This document shows, piece after piece, positions 1 through 11,432 of a stretch of 64,000 bases of DNA. Within the stretch, counting starts at the first letter, position 1; every line of letters starts with the position of its first letter. The position numbers were made by a program, and so were the translations under genes. The notes beneath the pieces were generated by a model that was not told where the DNA came from, ran no database searches, and was given only the letters and a program-made list of their open reading frames with translations. This DNA comes from Escherichia coli O157:H7 (lineage in GTDB: Bacteria > Pseudomonadota > Gammaproteobacteria > Enterobacterales > Enterobacteriaceae), in assembly GCF_013167455.1 (NCBI RefSeq), contig NZ_CP038328.1, one strand, 5' to 3'.

Positions 1-47
1 TGAGTCCCTTTCCCCGCGCCCGGAGCGCCAAGCAGAATGATACGCAT
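1..47 (-). CDS. adk: adenylate kinase, N-terminal fragment (gene continues beyond window start)
   Basis: Reverse complement of 1-47 reads ATGCGTATCATTCTGCTTGGCGCTCCGGGCGCGGGGAAAGGGACTCA = MRIILLGAPGAGKGT (P-loop); position next to htpG matches E. coli order. Confidence 0.7.
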   Translation of the reverse strand, partial: MRIILLGAPGAGKGT

Positions 48-227
48 TGCGAAAATCCCCTTAAAATGTGTCGAATTTTTTGAAAAAGCGATAAACGATA
101 CCACCATCAGGCGATTGCCTCAAGAAAGGCACCAGGGGCTGAAACGGTTAATGGCGAGATAATTTGCGGAAAGTGCAGATAATGAAAAGAAAAATGCCGG
201 ATGACACGAAGGTCATCCGGCATTACA

Positions 228-2102
228 TCAGGAAACCAGCAGCTGGTTCATACGACGAATAAACAGGTTCGGATCTTCCAGCGTGCCGCGTTCTGCCAGC
301 AGTGCCTGATCCAGCAGCAGTTCTACCCACTCGCTGAACTTCGCTTCATCTTCAGTATCTGCCGCACGTTTCACCAGTACGTGATCCGGGTTCAGTTCGA
401 AGATGTATTTCACTTCTGGCACTTTCTGGCCCGCCGCAGCGAACAGTTTCGCCATCTGAGTGCTCATTTCGTCCGCGTCGGTCGAAACGATCGCTGGCGT
501 ATCGGTCAGACGGTGAGTCAGACGGACATCTTTCACGCGCTCGCCGAGCAGGGCTTTCACACGGTCGATGAACGGAGTCAGTGCTTTCTCCGCTTCTTTC
601 GCGCTCTCATCAACTTCGTCAGCCAGTTTTTCCAGCGACTCGTCAACTTTAGACACCGACTGGAACGGTTTACCGTCGAACTCAGTCAGATAGTTCATCA
701 TCCACTCATCGATGCGGTCGGAAAGCAGCAGAACTTCGATGCCTTTCTTACGCAGCAGTTCCAGGTGCGGGCTGCTCTTCGCTGCCGCATAGCTGTCTGC
801 AGTGATGTAGTAGATTTTCTCCTGCCCTTCTTTCATGCGGGAAACGTAGTCTTCCAGAGACACGGTCTGCGCAGAAGAATCGGTATGGGTAGAAGCAAAA
901 CGCAGCAATTTGGCGATCGCTTCCTGGTTAGCGAAATCTTCCGCCGGACCTTCTTTCAGTACCAGGCCAAACTGTTGCCAGAAGGTCTGGTATTTTTCCG
1001 CGTCGTCTTTCGCCAGTTTTTCCAGCATTTGCAGCACACGCTTGGTCAGCGCATTGCGCAGGTTACGCGTTACCGTGCTGTCCTGGAGGATTTCACGGGA
1101 AACGTTCAGCGGCAGATCGCTGGAGTCAATCAGACCACGCACGAAGCGCAGATAGTTCGGCATGAACTGTTCTGCGTCGTCCATGATGAACACACGCTGA
1201 ACATACAGTTTCAGGCCGTGTTTATGATCGCGGTTCCACATATCCCACGGAGCCTGGGACGGAATGTACAGCAGGCTGGTGTACTCCTGCTTACCTTCAA
1301 CACGGTTGTGGCTCCAGGTCAGCGGATCGTTAAAATCGTGGGCGATGTGTTTGTAGAACTCTTTGTACTCTTCATCGGTGATTTCCGACTTGTTACGAGT
1401 CCACAGCGCCTGCGCTTTGTTAATTTTCTCCCAGGAGATAACGGTTTCGCCGTCTTTCTCTTCGCGTTTTTCGATCTCTACCGGCAGCGCGATATGGTCG
1501 GAGTATTTGCTGATGATGGAACGCACGCGCCAGTCATCGAGGAACTCGTCTTCGCCTTCACGCAGATGCAGGGTGATTTCAGTACCACGATCTTCTTTGG
1601 TGATGTCGGCAACGGTATATTCACCTTCGCCAGCCGATTCCCAGAAGACGCCGTTTTCTGGTTTTTCGCCTGCCGCGCGAGTACGCACGGTCACTTTGTC
1701 GGCCACGATAAACGCAGAGTAGAAACCAACACCAAACTGACCGATCAGCTGGCTGTCTTTCGCCTGGTCAGAACCCAGGGATTCGAGGAATGATTTGGTA
1801 CCGGATTTAGCGATAGTCCCCAGATGGTCAATCACTTCGTCGCGGGTCATCCCCACGCCGTTATCGGAGATGGTCAGCGTGCGCTTGTCTTTATCGAAAG
1901 AGACACGAACGCGCAGTTCGCCATCACCTTCGTACAGGTCCGGGTTAGAGAGCGCACGGAAACGCAACTTGTCCGCCGCATCGGAGGCGTTAGAGATAAG
2001 CTCACGCAGGAAGATTTCTTTATTGGAATAGAGAGAATGGATCATCAGGTGCAGAAGCTGTTTCACTTCTGACTGAAAACCACGAGTTTCTTGTCCTTTC
2101 AT
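228..2102 (-). CDS. htpG: molecular chaperone HtpG (Hsp90), 624 aa
   Basis: Full-length ORF; N-terminus [42 protein letters not shown] matches HtpG. Confidence 0.97.
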   Translation of the reverse strand: MKGQETRGFQSEVKQLLHLMIHSLYSNKEIFLRELISNASDAADKLRFRALSNPDLYEGDGELRVRVSFDKDKRTLTISDNGVGMTRDEVIDHLGTIAKSGTKSFLESLGSDQAKDSQLIGQFGVGFYSAFIVADKVTVRTRAAGEKPENGVFWESAGEGEYTVADITKEDRGTEITLHLREGEDEFLDDWRVRSIISKYSDHIALPVEIEKREEKDGETVISWEKINKAQALWTRNKSEITDEEYKEFYKHIAHDFNDPLTWSHNRVEGKQEYTSLLYIPSQAPWDMWNRDHKHGLKLYVQRVFIMDDAEQFMPNYLRFVRGLIDSSDLPLNVSREILQDSTVTRNLRNALTKRVLQMLEKLAKDDAEKYQTFWQQFGLVLKEGPAEDFANQEAIAKLLRFASTHTDSSAQTVSLEDYVSRMKEGQEKIYYITADSYAAAKSSPHLELLRKKGIEVLLLSDRIDEWMMNYLTEFDGKPFQSVSKVDESLEKLADEVDESAKEAEKALTPFIDRVKALLGERVKDVRLTHRLTDTPAIVSTDADEMSTQMAKLFAAAGQKVPEVKYIFELNPDHVLVKRAADTEDEAKFSEWVELLLDQALLAERGTLEDPNLFIRRMNQLLVS

Positions 2103-2153
2103 GTAGGTCTACCTCAATAATGCCATTTTAAGGTTAAAAACAGGATGAGGGAG

Positions 2154-2182
2154 AGATGGGGACAAGGGAGAATAATTTCAAG
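2154..2182 (-). promoter_or_regulatory. sigma32 heat-shock promoter upstream of htpG (-35 CTTGAAA, -10 CCCCATCT on minus strand)
   Basis: Minus-strand sequence CTTGAAATTATTCTCCCTTGTCCCCATCT fits the sigma32 consensus and lies about 60 nt upstream of the htpG start. Confidence 0.6.
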
Positions 2183-2211
2183 CGAGAGCAGGTGATCCTG
2201 CTCTCGTTTGC

Positions 2212-2816
2212 TTAAAAACGAATCTTATGACGCCCGGCAAGGGAGTGTGACAGCGTGGTGCCATCGACCATTTCCAGTTCGCCGCCAACCGGTACGCCAT
2301 GAGCGATTCGGCTGGCTTCCACGTCATATTGCGCGCAAAGCTCGGCAATGTAGTTAGCGGTAGCTTCACCTTCAACCGTAGGGTTGGTGGCGAGGATCAC
2401 TTCAGTGATTTTTTCCTCTGCCAGACGCTGTTCCAGACGATCAAGGCCGATATCATCCGGACCGATGCCGTCCAGCGGTGACAGATGTCCCATCAACACA
2501 AAATAACGACCTGAAAACTGCCCCGTCTGCTCAATGGCGTAAATGTCCGCCGGACTCTCCACCACGCAGATTTGACCGTTTTCCTGACGACGCGGATTCG
2601 AACAGATGTTACAGACTTCCTGTTCGGTGAAGGTGCGGCAATCGGCGCAGTGGCCGATTTCCGACATCGCCCGGGTGAGCGCCTGCGCCAGACGCATCCC
2701 GCCGCTACGATCGCGCTGAAGCAGCGTGAACGCCATACGCTGCGCCGACTTCGGGCCAACGCCCGGCAGACAGCGCAGTGCTTCCATAAGCTGTGTTAAC
2801 AGCGGGCTGGTTTGCA

Positions 2817-2817
<1 letters not shown>
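2212..2817 (-). CDS. recR: recombination protein RecR, 201 aa
   Basis: ORF with C4 zinc finger and Toprim region; start overlaps ybaB stop (TGATG). Confidence 0.95.
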
Positions 2818-3161
<344 letters not shown>

Positions 3162-3198
3162 TCACGTTAAGGATGACGAACGTAAGCTGTGCTTACGA

Positions 3199-5130
3199 TC
3201 AAATGGGGCGGATACTGTCTTCATCCAGCTCCGCATCGAAGAACCGACGCAGGGTCTGAATATTATTATCCGCAATAATGGACTCGCGCGCCTGCGCAAG
3301 TTTTTCTTCGTATATCGCCTGACGCCACTCCAGCGGCGTACGCACCGCGGGATTATCATCTTCAACTATAGTCAGTTCAACCGTTGAACCTTTTAACATG
3401 CTCAACGCTTCAGCCAGTTTTTGCTGTGCACCGCGGTTGTTCAAATGCCGCTGAGAGGAGCGCAAATGCAGACATACTGCGTTGTCGCTCTCCTCTTTCC
3501 AGGCATTTAACGCCACCTGTTCGACCAGTTTTGGTAGCGAAAGTTGACTCACCTGAGCCGCCCACGCGTCGCGCTCAATGGCTTCTGCCGCCAGCTTCGC
3601 CGCCAGTTCCGGCGTTTTTTCATGTTCCAGCGCTTTTTTCAGCGCCTTCGGTGTGGCGACCACTTCTTTTTGCTGCATCACTGGAGTGGTCGCCTTCCAG
3701 CGATACGCTTCTTTTTTAGCTGGCGCTTTTTCCAGCGCCGATGGCACCGGACGCGCCTGAACGCGATCGGTGACCGAAGCCAGTCTTTCCAGCGCAGCGT
3801 TATTCACCGGCCGCGCGCGGGTAGCGGCTGCCGGTTCACTCTTTTTTGCTTTGGTTGCTCCCTGCACGCGCTGCAACTGCTGGCGCGCCGCCAGCACCTG
3901 GCTGGTGGTTTCCGGGAGCGGTACAGTCGGTGCCTGCTGCGGCGCTGATTGCGGTTGCGGCGGCACCTGGGTTGGCGTCATTACTGCCGTTGGCGCGACG
4001 GGTGCAAAGGACTGGCGTGGCACTTCTGGCTCAGGCAGCGGCATACGCGGATGGAACGCCAGCGCGCGCAGCAGCGTCATCTCAACGCCCATGCGGCGGT
4101 CCGGCGCATACGGTAATTCTTTGCGACCAATCAACAGCGTCTGATAGTAAAGCTGAATATCCGTCGGCGGTATGGTGCGCGCCAGTTCACGCATCCGCAG
4201 CTCGATGGCGGCCATGTCGTTGCCAAGTGCAGCAGGCGAAAGTTGTACCATCGCAATACGATGCAACAGGCCGAGCATTTCCACCAGCAACGCTTCCCAC
4301 TCGATACCACGGGCAGCGGCTTCATTAATCAGCGCCATTACGCGCTCGCCGTTGGCCTCGACCATCGCTTCAACCAGCGACAGCGCCTGATCGTCGTCAA
4401 GCGTACCCAGCATCGCACTGACCGCCTGGGTTGAAACCTGGCCGTCACCGCTGGCAATCGCCTGGTCGGTCAGACTTAAGGCATCTCGCAGGCTGCCTTC
4501 AGCGGCGCGCGCCAGCAATTGCAGCGCCCGCGGCTCGTGAGCGATATGTTCTTCATTGAGGATGTGCTCAAGTTGATGACGAATTTGCTCGACATCCAGC
4601 GCCTTGAGATGAAATTGCAAACAGCGCGACAAAATCGTCACCGGCAATTTCTGTGGATCGGTCGTCGCCAGCAGAAACTTAACGTGCTCCGGCGGCTCTT
4701 CAAGGGTTTTTAACAGTGCGTTAAAGCTGTGGCGCGACAGCATATGCACTTCGTCGATGAGATAAACTTTGAAACGACCACGCGCCGGAGCGTACTGGAC
4801 GTTATCCAGCAGGTCGCGGGTATCTTCAACTTTGGTGCGCGAGGCGGCGTCGATTTCAATCAGATCGACAAAGCGCCCCTGCTCGATTTCACGACAGTTA
4901 TCGCACACGCCGCACGGCGTCGCGGTAATGCCGGTTTCGCAGTTTAGCCCCTTCGCCAGCAGTCGGGCGATAGAGGTTTTTCCGACGCCACGGGTGCCGG
5001 AAAAAAGATAAGCATGATGAATACGCCCTAACGACAAGCCGTTCGCCAGTGCGGTCAGCACATGTTCCTGGCCGACGACGTCAGCAAAGGTTTGTGGGCG
5101 CCATTTTCGGGCTAAGACCTGATAACTCAT
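3199..5130 (-). CDS. dnaX: DNA polymerase III subunits tau/gamma, 643 aa (tau)
   Basis: MSYQVLARKWRPQTFADVVGQEHV..., AAA+ Walker motifs; internal frameshift site present. Confidence 0.97.
   Translation of the reverse strand: MSYQVLARKWRPQTFADVVGQEHVLTALANGLSLGRIHHAYLFSGTRGVGKTSIARLLAKGLNCETGITATPCGVCDNCREIEQGRFVDLIEIDAASRTKVEDTRDLLDNVQYAPARGRFKVYLIDEVHMLSRHSFNALLKTLEEPPEHVKFLLATTDPQKLPVTILSRCLQFHLKALDVEQIRHQLEHILNEEHIAHEPRALQLLARAAEGSLRDALSLTDQAIASGDGQVSTQAVSAMLGTLDDDQALSLVEAMVEANGERVMALINEAAARGIEWEALLVEMLGLLHRIAMVQLSPAALGNDMAAIELRMRELARTIPPTDIQLYYQTLLIGRKELPYAPDRRMGVEMTLLRALAFHPRMPLPEPEVPRQSFAPVAPTAVMTPTQVPPQPQSAPQQAPTVPLPETTSQVLAARQQLQRVQGATKAKKSEPAAATRARPVNNAALERLASVTDRVQARPVPSALEKAPAKKEAYRWKATTPVMQQKEVVATPKALKKALEHEKTPELAAKLAAEAIERDAWAAQVSQLSLPKLVEQVALNAWKEESDNAVCLHLRSSQRHLNNRGAQQKLAEALSMLKGSTVELTIVEDDNPAVRTPLEWRQAIYEEKLAQARESIIADNNIQTLRRFFDAELDEDSIRPI
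3841..3847 (-). promoter_or_regulatory. dnaX programmed -1 ribosomal frameshift heptamer A-AAA-AAG (codons 429-430), giving gamma ending ..KKE-stop
   Basis: Plus strand CTTTTTT at 3841-3847; minus-strand reading GCA AAA AAG AGT GAA gives AKKSE, and the -1 frame gives GAG TGA; GC-rich hairpin just downstream on the minus strand (about 3808-3838). Confidence 0.85.
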
Positions 5131-5258
5131 TGGCAGGCTCTGAAACGCTGGAAGGTGGATTCTCGAAGGGGTAATGCTAACACAGCCCCGTCAGAACGGC
5201 GAGGCTGAATGCACATCTTGTGCTGTCCGTAGCGTGGGCAGCACAAGACTGGCGATAA

Positions 5259-5810
5259 TTAATGGCCCGGGAACGGGACAAGGCTGTAGCTGGTAATGCC
5301 CTGTTTTTCGAGACGCTGTTCGCCGCCGAGATCGAACAGGTTGATAATGAACGCAGCGTCAGCCACTTCACCACCCAGACGACGGATCAGTTTAACGGTC
5401 GCTTCGATAGTGCCGCCGGTTGCCAGCAGATCGTCCACCACCAGAACTTTGTCGCCCGGTTTGATGGCATCAACGTGGATCTCCAGCTGATCGGTGCCGT
5501 ATTCCAGATCGTAAGTTTCACTGATGGTTTCACGCGGCAGTTTGCCCGGTTTACGGACCGGTACAAAGCCAACGCCCAGACCCAGAGCTACCGGAGCGCC
5601 AAACAAGAAGCCACGCGCTTCGGTGCCGACAACTTTGTTAATGCCCGCATTTTTGTAACGCTCAACCAGCAAGTCGATGCTGAGAGCGTAAGCTTTCGGG
5701 TCTTCCAGTAAGCTGGTGACATCGCGGAAAAGAATGCCGGGTTTTGGGTAGTCCTGAATGCTTTTGATGCTATTTTTGAGATACTCAAGCTGCTGTGCAG
5801 TCGCGGTCAT
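5259..5810 (-). CDS. apt: adenine phosphoribosyltransferase, 183 aa
   Basis: Internal start [31 protein letters not shown] within the 201-aa ORF. Confidence 0.93.
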   Translation of the reverse strand: MTATAQQLEYLKNSIKSIQDYPKPGILFRDVTSLLEDPKAYALSIDLLVERYKNAGINKVVGTEARGFLFGAPVALGLGVGFVPVRKPGKLPRETISETYDLEYGTDQLEIHVDAIKPGDKVLVVDDLLATGGTIEATVKLIRRLGGEVADAAFIINLFDLGGEQRLEKQGITSYSLVPFPGH

Positions 5811-5962
5811 AAGTGTATGCCTGCTTGTTACGGTGGTACTCACGGCGCGTTTTAAACGTATCAAAAGTAACAGTTGTTTAACCTTTGACCGCCTGCGCCT
5901 GTGCTCGAAAACGCCAGAATGTACTGGCTGTACGCAATAATTGCAACTGCGATTGTTGTGCT

Positions 5963-6340
5963 TCAGTGCTTTTCTTGCTTTTCATCAATCACCGGAATTC
6001 GCCACATATAGAAAAGCAAACAGGCGAGAATTACCAGCAACATGATGCGCACCCATGGCATCTGGACGAACCACAGAGAAATGGCAAACGTGAGCAAAAT
6101 AAGCAAAATCGCCCGCGGTTTGACGCCGCGCGGCATCGCATGATGTTTCTGCCAGAAACGTAGATAGCTGCCAAACCATGAGCGGTACAGCAACCAGGCG
6201 TGAAAGCGCGGGGAAGAACGGGCAAAGCACCAGGCCGCCAGCAGGATAAACGGCGTCGTCGGTAATACCGGTAATACCACGCCCAGCGTGCCCAGCACTA
6301 CCGCCAGCCAGCCAATGATGATTAAAATGATTCGTTGCAT
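5963..6340 (-). CDS. ybaN: inner membrane protein YbaN (DUF454), 125 aa
   Basis: Hydrophobic [27 protein letters not shown]..; position between apt and priC. Confidence 0.85.
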   Translation of the reverse strand: MQRIILIIIGWLAVVLGTLGVVLPVLPTTPFILLAAWCFARSSPRFHAWLLYRSWFGSYLRFWQKHHAMPRGVKPRAILLILLTFAISLWFVQMPWVRIMLLVILACLLFYMWRIPVIDEKQEKH

Positions 6341-6409
6341 ATTGAGTGTTGTCAGCTTACAGAGTGGCTACTTTAGCATAACAATTATCATTTTCATTGA
6401 GGTCTTATC

Positions 6410-6937
6410 GTGAAAACCGCCCTGCTGCTGGAAAAACTGGAAGGACAGCTCGCTACGCTGCGTCAGCGTTGTGCCCCGGTGTCACAGTTCGCCACGCTAA
6501 GTGCTCGTTTCAACAGGCATCTTTTTCAGACTCGTGCGACAACACTACAGGCTTGTCTCGACAAGGCGGGCGATAATCTGGCTGCGCTTCGTCATGCAGT
6601 TGAGCAACAGCAACTGCCGCAAGTCGCCTGGCTGGCAGAACATCTGGCGGCGCAACTGGAGGCTATAGCGCGTGAAGCCACAGCCTGGTCGCTACGCGAG
6701 TGGGATAGCGCACCACCCCAAATTGCCCGCTGGCAGCGTAAACGTATTCAGCATCAGGATTTTGAGCGGCGGCTACGTGAGATGGTTGCCGAACGTAGAG
6801 CCCGCCTGGCGCGGGTGACCGATCTCGTGGAACAGCAAACGCTGCATCGTGAAGTGGAAGCCTATGAAGCGCGCCTGGCACGCTGCCGCCATGCGCTGGA
6901 AAAAATCGAAAACAGGTTAGCGCGTTTAACCCGCTAG
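6410..6937 (+). CDS. priC: primosomal replication protein N double-prime (PriC), 175 aa, GTG start
   Basis: [24 protein letters not shown]..; Arg-rich; start codon at 6410-6412 is GTG. Confidence 0.85.
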   Translation: MKTALLLEKLEGQLATLRQRCAPVSQFATLSARFNRHLFQTRATTLQACLDKAGDNLAALRHAVEQQQLPQVAWLAEHLAAQLEAIAREATAWSLREWDSAPPQIARWQRKRIQHQDFERRLREMVAERRARLARVTDLVEQQTLHREVEAYEARLARCRHALEKIENRLARLTR

Positions 6938-6950
6938 CAATGGAGAGAGT

Positions 6951-7115
6951 ATGTCACTGGAAAATGCCCCTGACGATGTCAAACTGGCTGTCGATTTGAT
7001 TGTGCTGCTGGAAGAAAATCAGATCCCAGCCCGCACCGTGCTGCGCGCGCTGGATATTGTAAAGCGTGATTATGAAAAGAAGTTACAGAGCGATGAGGCT
7101 TCACAAAGCGAGTAA
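6951..7115 (+). CDS. ybaM: small protein YbaM (DUF2496), 54 codons
   Basis: ATG at 6951 translates [54 protein letters not shown]; below the ORF-track length cutoff. Confidence 0.7.
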   Translation: MSLENAPDDVKLAVDLIVLLEENQIPARTVLRALDIVKRDYEKKLQSDEASQSE

Positions 7116-7153
7116 AAAATAAAGGGCGGCATCACTGTCGCCCTTTATTGTCC

Positions 7154-10100
7154 TTACCCTACCGCTGGCGTCGGATCGTCGCCTTTGTAGTCGCGTTTTA
7201 CTTCCGTCACCTCATCGCCCTTCTCGTTGTGCAGATGCACTTCAAGCTGGTTAAAGGCAATGTTGATGTCGTTTTCACGGCACAGCTGATCGATAGTACG
7301 GTTCAGCTCATCGACAGTACGACTACGGTCACGCAGTTCACGCACATACAGACGCAGCTCATGATCCAACGTGCTGGCACCAAATGCCGTAAAGAAGACT
7401 TCCGGCATTGGTTCGTGCATCACCCTTGGGTGCTCAGTCGCCGCCTTCAGTAACACTTTACGCACTTTTTCCAGATCGGAGCCATAGGCCACGCCGAGAC
7501 GGATCACCAGACGCGTAGTAGTGTCAGTCAACGACCAGTTGATCAGACGCTCGGTAACAAACGCTTTGTTCGGGATGATCACTTCTTTGCGATCGAAATC
7601 GGTAATCGTTGTCGCACGAATACGGATTTTACTTACCGTCCCCGAGAAGCTACCAATGGTTACCGTATCGCCAATACGCACCGGACGTTCGAACAGAATG
7701 ATCAAACCGGAGACGAAGTTACCGAAAATTTCTTGTAAACCAAAACCAAGACCTACGGATAATGCTGCGGCCAGCCACTGGAGTTTATCCCAAGAGACGC
7801 CCAGCGATCCGAACACCGTCATCGCACCAACAGCAATAATGATGTAGTTAAGGATGGTAGTAATGGCATACGACGCGCCCTGGCGCATATTCAGTCGCGA
7901 GAGCACCAGCACTTCCAGCAAACCAGGCAGGTTGCGAATCAACGCCCAGGCCACCATTGAGGCGATAATCGCAAACAACAGACTACCCATGGTGACGTTT
8001 TTCACCACCGCAGCACCAGCTTCAGTACCGTTGTAATGCCACAGCGTAATGCTGTCGAGATAGCTGAACACGGTGATCAAATCGGACCAAATTGCCCAGA
8101 ACATGACACCGAACAGCGCAAACATCAGCAACATGGTAATACGCAGCGTCTGCTGGTTAACCTGTTCCAGTGCAATGGTGGGTTCTTCCGGCGGTTCGGC
8201 ACCTTCTGCGCCCTCTTTCACCAGATTCTGCCGACGCGCCAGCGCACGACGCCAGGCGATACGCCGCGCCGCTACGCTTAAGCCGCGCAATACCGTCTGG
8301 TAGAGCAAGTTCCAGATGATCACCAGATAAACGGTTTCAATCCAACGCCCGGAGAGGCGCAGCGTGGTGTAGAAATAACCCGTGGCAGTCAGCACCATCA
8401 ATGCAATCGGGATAATCGACAGCACGGTAATGGTGACCAGTCGCATGGTGTGCGACTCTTTATCACGCCAGCTTTCGCGGCACATTGGCCATACCAGGAA
8501 GGCAATCAGCAGCAGGTTGAAGAAAATCATCGCCTGCCCCAGCACATCATCCATCAGATGCAGCGGGGAAAGTTCTGCCACCACAGACCAGAAATGGATA
8601 GGCAGCAACGCGAGACTGATGCGGACAATTTGCCGACGCCAGTGGCTGGTCTGCTGTTCCGGCATGCCGAAGTGACGCACGGCAACGCCGTTCTTCTCCA
8701 GCACTTTCCAGCACAGGCCAAACACCAGCCAGAAAATCGCCAGTTTTTTGCTGAACGACCATAGCAGTTCGCTGATGTTGAGCTGCATGGTCAACAGAAT
8801 CAGGCCAACCGCGAGAATAATCAGGCACACCGGCAGTGCACGGATCAGGTCGATAAGGATCGCTTTTGGTGTGTTGAGCTGGCTGTCGTTACGCAGGGAA
8901 CCCACAGCGGAAGCCAGTTTTTGTTGATACGCTTTCAGCCACCCCAGACGCCAGTGGATCAGCCCGGCAATCAACAGCAGCGGCAAACCAGCGAGGAAAG
9001 CGATAAAAACGGCGGGCCAGGCTTTTTCCCAGTTAACCGTAATTTTCATCGACTTAAATTCATCTTTCAGGCTTTGCGGGAACGCTTTGATCCAGTCCCA
9101 GTCCATTGGACGGTTACTGTTCACCCAAAAGATTTGCTGAGTCAGGATGGATTTCAGGTTTTTCGACACACTCATTAACTGCTGCTGGTTGATTTGCAGG
9201 TTAATGGCCATCATCAGCTGGTTACCCAACTGTTTGTTGAGTTGATCCAGCAATTCGCGACGCATATCAACCACTTGCAATAACGCATCGTGAACTTCGC
9301 TGTTGACTTCGTTGGTGTGACCTTCTTCCAGTTTGTTGACGAACGCATCGCTCTGGAAGAGTGCATCACGCTGCTGGTTAACTTCAAACTGTTCGAGACG
9401 CAAATCCGCGATGCGGTTGGTCATGTTTTCCAGTTCATCCGCCGAGGGCAGCGTTTGTTGTTGCTGGTAAAGGATACGAGACAACAGCAGGCTGCCCTTC
9501 AGGACGGCAATCTGCTCTTTAATATTGCGTTCCGATTGCAGCGCCCGCTCCAGCCAGTTTTTGACTTTAATGTTTTGCTGCATCAACTGATTACCGTTTT
9601 CAGTCGCGGTAATCAGACGCTGACTTAACTGCTGGTTAATTTCCAGTTCCTGCTTCACCAGCGGATTAGCCTGAATACGCGCGGCTTCATCCGGGGAGAC
9701 GGCTTCCTGCGCCGTTTTTTCGGTTAAAGTCAGGCGCTTGCTGTTTACCGCTTCTTGCAACAGCTGCAACTGGTGCTCCAGACGGGCGCTGTTCGCCGTC
9801 ACGTAATCACGTTGCTTTTGCAAGGTATCCTGCAAGACGGTATTCCCTTCCAGGCTTTTACGCTGCTGGTCAATCTCCGCATTCAGCAACGCCTGCTGAG
9901 CCTGCATTAACACTTTCTGGCTGGGACGTAAGGCCGTCTCGCCGACATCAGTCCCATCCAGACGACTGCGAATTTGTTGCAGCTGCTGCGAAGCGTTATA
10001 CATCGCATTTTGCACGCGTTCGGGCTGCGTCTGTAACGAAACCAGCTGGCTGTTATAAGACGCCAGATCGTTTTGTGCGTTTTGCAAATCGTCCAGCGCC

Positions 10101-10516
10101 TGGGCAACGCGAGTTTCCAGCTGGCGCAACGAAAGCGTGCTCAGAATTTTGCGCGTTTCTTCGTCGTTATCGACATCGCTAAGTGCTGTTAACGCCGCGG
10201 TCGCCTGGCGCATTTTTTCCGGCGCTTCAGCGACTTTTTGCCGTAGCTGAACGGTCTCTTCTTTTACGCGATCGATTTTATCGAGGGTGGCTAATGTATC
10301 TGTCAGATCCTGCTGCACCAGTTTGTCCTGAGCAGAAAGATCTTTTTGTTTATTTAGTGAGTCAAGTTGCGCCTGCAGGTCCGCTTTTGTCGGCAGATCA
10401 CCATTCGATGACGCCCGCGCAAACGCCGTGTTCTGGCATAACAAGACAAAAACAAAAGCAATAAATGCTGAAAAAACAAAATGCCGTGATCGTTTGTAAT
10501 ACTGGAACATAGTCAT
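7154..10516 (-). CDS. mscK: potassium-dependent mechanosensitive channel MscK (KefA), 1120 aa
   Basis: Long coiled-coil N-terminal domain, multiple TM helices and MscS-like C-terminal domain. Confidence 0.95.
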   Translation of the reverse strand: MTMFQYYKRSRHFVFSAFIAFVFVLLCQNTAFARASSNGDLPTKADLQAQLDSLNKQKDLSAQDKLVQQDLTDTLATLDKIDRVKEETVQLRQKVAEAPEKMRQATAALTALSDVDNDEETRKILSTLSLRQLETRVAQALDDLQNAQNDLASYNSQLVSLQTQPERVQNAMYNASQQLQQIRSRLDGTDVGETALRPSQKVLMQAQQALLNAEIDQQRKSLEGNTVLQDTLQKQRDYVTANSARLEHQLQLLQEAVNSKRLTLTEKTAQEAVSPDEAARIQANPLVKQELEINQQLSQRLITATENGNQLMQQNIKVKNWLERALQSERNIKEQIAVLKGSLLLSRILYQQQQTLPSADELENMTNRIADLRLEQFEVNQQRDALFQSDAFVNKLEEGHTNEVNSEVHDALLQVVDMRRELLDQLNKQLGNQLMMAINLQINQQQLMSVSKNLKSILTQQIFWVNSNRPMDWDWIKAFPQSLKDEFKSMKITVNWEKAWPAVFIAFLAGLPLLLIAGLIHWRLGWLKAYQQKLASAVGSLRNDSQLNTPKAILIDLIRALPVCLIILAVGLILLTMQLNISELLWSFSKKLAIFWLVFGLCWKVLEKNGVAVRHFGMPEQQTSHWRRQIVRISLALLPIHFWSVVAELSPLHLMDDVLGQAMIFFNLLLIAFLVWPMCRESWRDKESHTMRLVTITVLSIIPIALMVLTATGYFYTTLRLSGRWIETVYLVIIWNLLYQTVLRGLSVAARRIAWRRALARRQNLVKEGAEGAEPPEEPTIALEQVNQQTLRITMLLMFALFGVMFWAIWSDLITVFSYLDSITLWHYNGTEAGAAVVKNVTMGSLLFAIIASMVAWALIRNLPGLLEVLVLSRLNMRQGASYAITTILNYIIIAVGAMTVFGSLGVSWDKLQWLAAALSVGLGFGLQEIFGNFVSGLIILFERPVRIGDTVTIGSFSGTVSKIRIRATTITDFDRKEVIIPNKAFVTERLINWSLTDTTTRLVIRLGVAYGSDLEKVRKVLLKAATEHPRVMHEPMPEVFFTAFGASTLDHELRLYVRELRDRSRTVDELNRTIDQLCRENDINIAFNQLEVHLHNEKGDEVTEVKRDYKGDDPTPAVG

Positions 10517-10643
10517 GATGAATGAAGGTTTCTGAACCTGAAGAACGACCTGAAAAAGTCAAACCGCAAGAATATCACGACGCAGTGAACCAGAATAGCA
10601 ACGACGAAAATGTCCAGGAAAAATCCTGGAGTCAGATTCAGGG

Positions 10644-11291
10644 TTATTCGTTAGTGGCAGGATTACGAAGCGTGGGGCACAGGAGATACATCTCCAGTAA
10701 GATGGCGACGTAATCGCGGGCTTCTTTTTTAAGATCAAAAGATTGCGGGGCAAAGAGCCAGTTTTCCATCAGGCCGGAAATATAGCCGCGCATAATAATT
10801 GCTGCCCGACGCGTCATTAAATCCGCAGGCAACATTTTCGCTTCAATACAATGTTTTAACGTTTGTTCTATACGGTCATAACTTTCCAAACAGAGATTAC
10901 GTTGTGCCTGTTGCACAACAGCCATTTCTCCGACAAATTCGCATTTGTGGAATATAATCTCCATCAATAATCGACGCCGTTCTTCTGTCACCGTGGATTC
11001 AAGAACATGAATTAATATCTCTCTTAATACTGAGAGTGGATCGCTAGGGAATTTTGCCTGATATTCAAGCTCTAGTTCACCAATATTGGATTCTGATAGT
11101 TCCCAGATCTCACTGAACAAATCCGACTTGTCTTTAAAATGCCAGTAGATTGCACCGCGCGTAACGCCAGCTGCTTTTGCAATCTCACCCAGCGAGGTGG
11201 ATGATACCCCCTGCTGTGAGAAAAGACGTAGAGCCACATCGAGGATGTGTTGGCGCGTTTCTTGCGCTTCTTGTTTGGTTTTTCGTGCCAT
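10644..11291 (-). CDS. acrR: TetR-family repressor AcrR, 215 aa
   Basis: [52 protein letters not shown] (TetR helix-turn-helix); divergent from acrAB. Confidence 0.96.
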   Translation of the reverse strand: MARKTKQEAQETRQHILDVALRLFSQQGVSSTSLGEIAKAAGVTRGAIYWHFKDKSDLFSEIWELSESNIGELELEYQAKFPSDPLSVLREILIHVLESTVTEERRRLLMEIIFHKCEFVGEMAVVQQAQRNLCLESYDRIEQTLKHCIEAKMLPADLMTRRAAIIMRGYISGLMENWLFAPQSFDLKKEARDYVAILLEMYLLCPTLRNPATNE

Positions 11292-11319
11292 ATGTTCGTG
11301 AATTTACAGGCGTTAGATT

Positions 11320-11343
11320 TACATACATTTGTGAATGTATGTA
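11320..11343. promoter_or_regulatory. AcrR operator, perfect 24-bp palindrome TACATACATTTGTGAATGTATGTA in the acrR-acrA divergent promoter region
   Basis: Palindrome read directly from the sequence, between the acrR start (11291) and the acrA start (11433). Confidence 0.85.
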
Positions 11344-11432
11344 CCATAGCACGACGATAATATAAACGCAGCAATGGGTTTATTAACTTTTGACCATTGA
11401 CCAATTTGAAATCGGACACTCGAGGTTTACAT

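Noticed and set aside
201-1793. 530-aa ORF on the plus strand
   Set aside because: Lies entirely antisense to htpG, whose product is unmistakable; low-complexity Arg/Phe/Gln-rich translation typical of a shadow ORF
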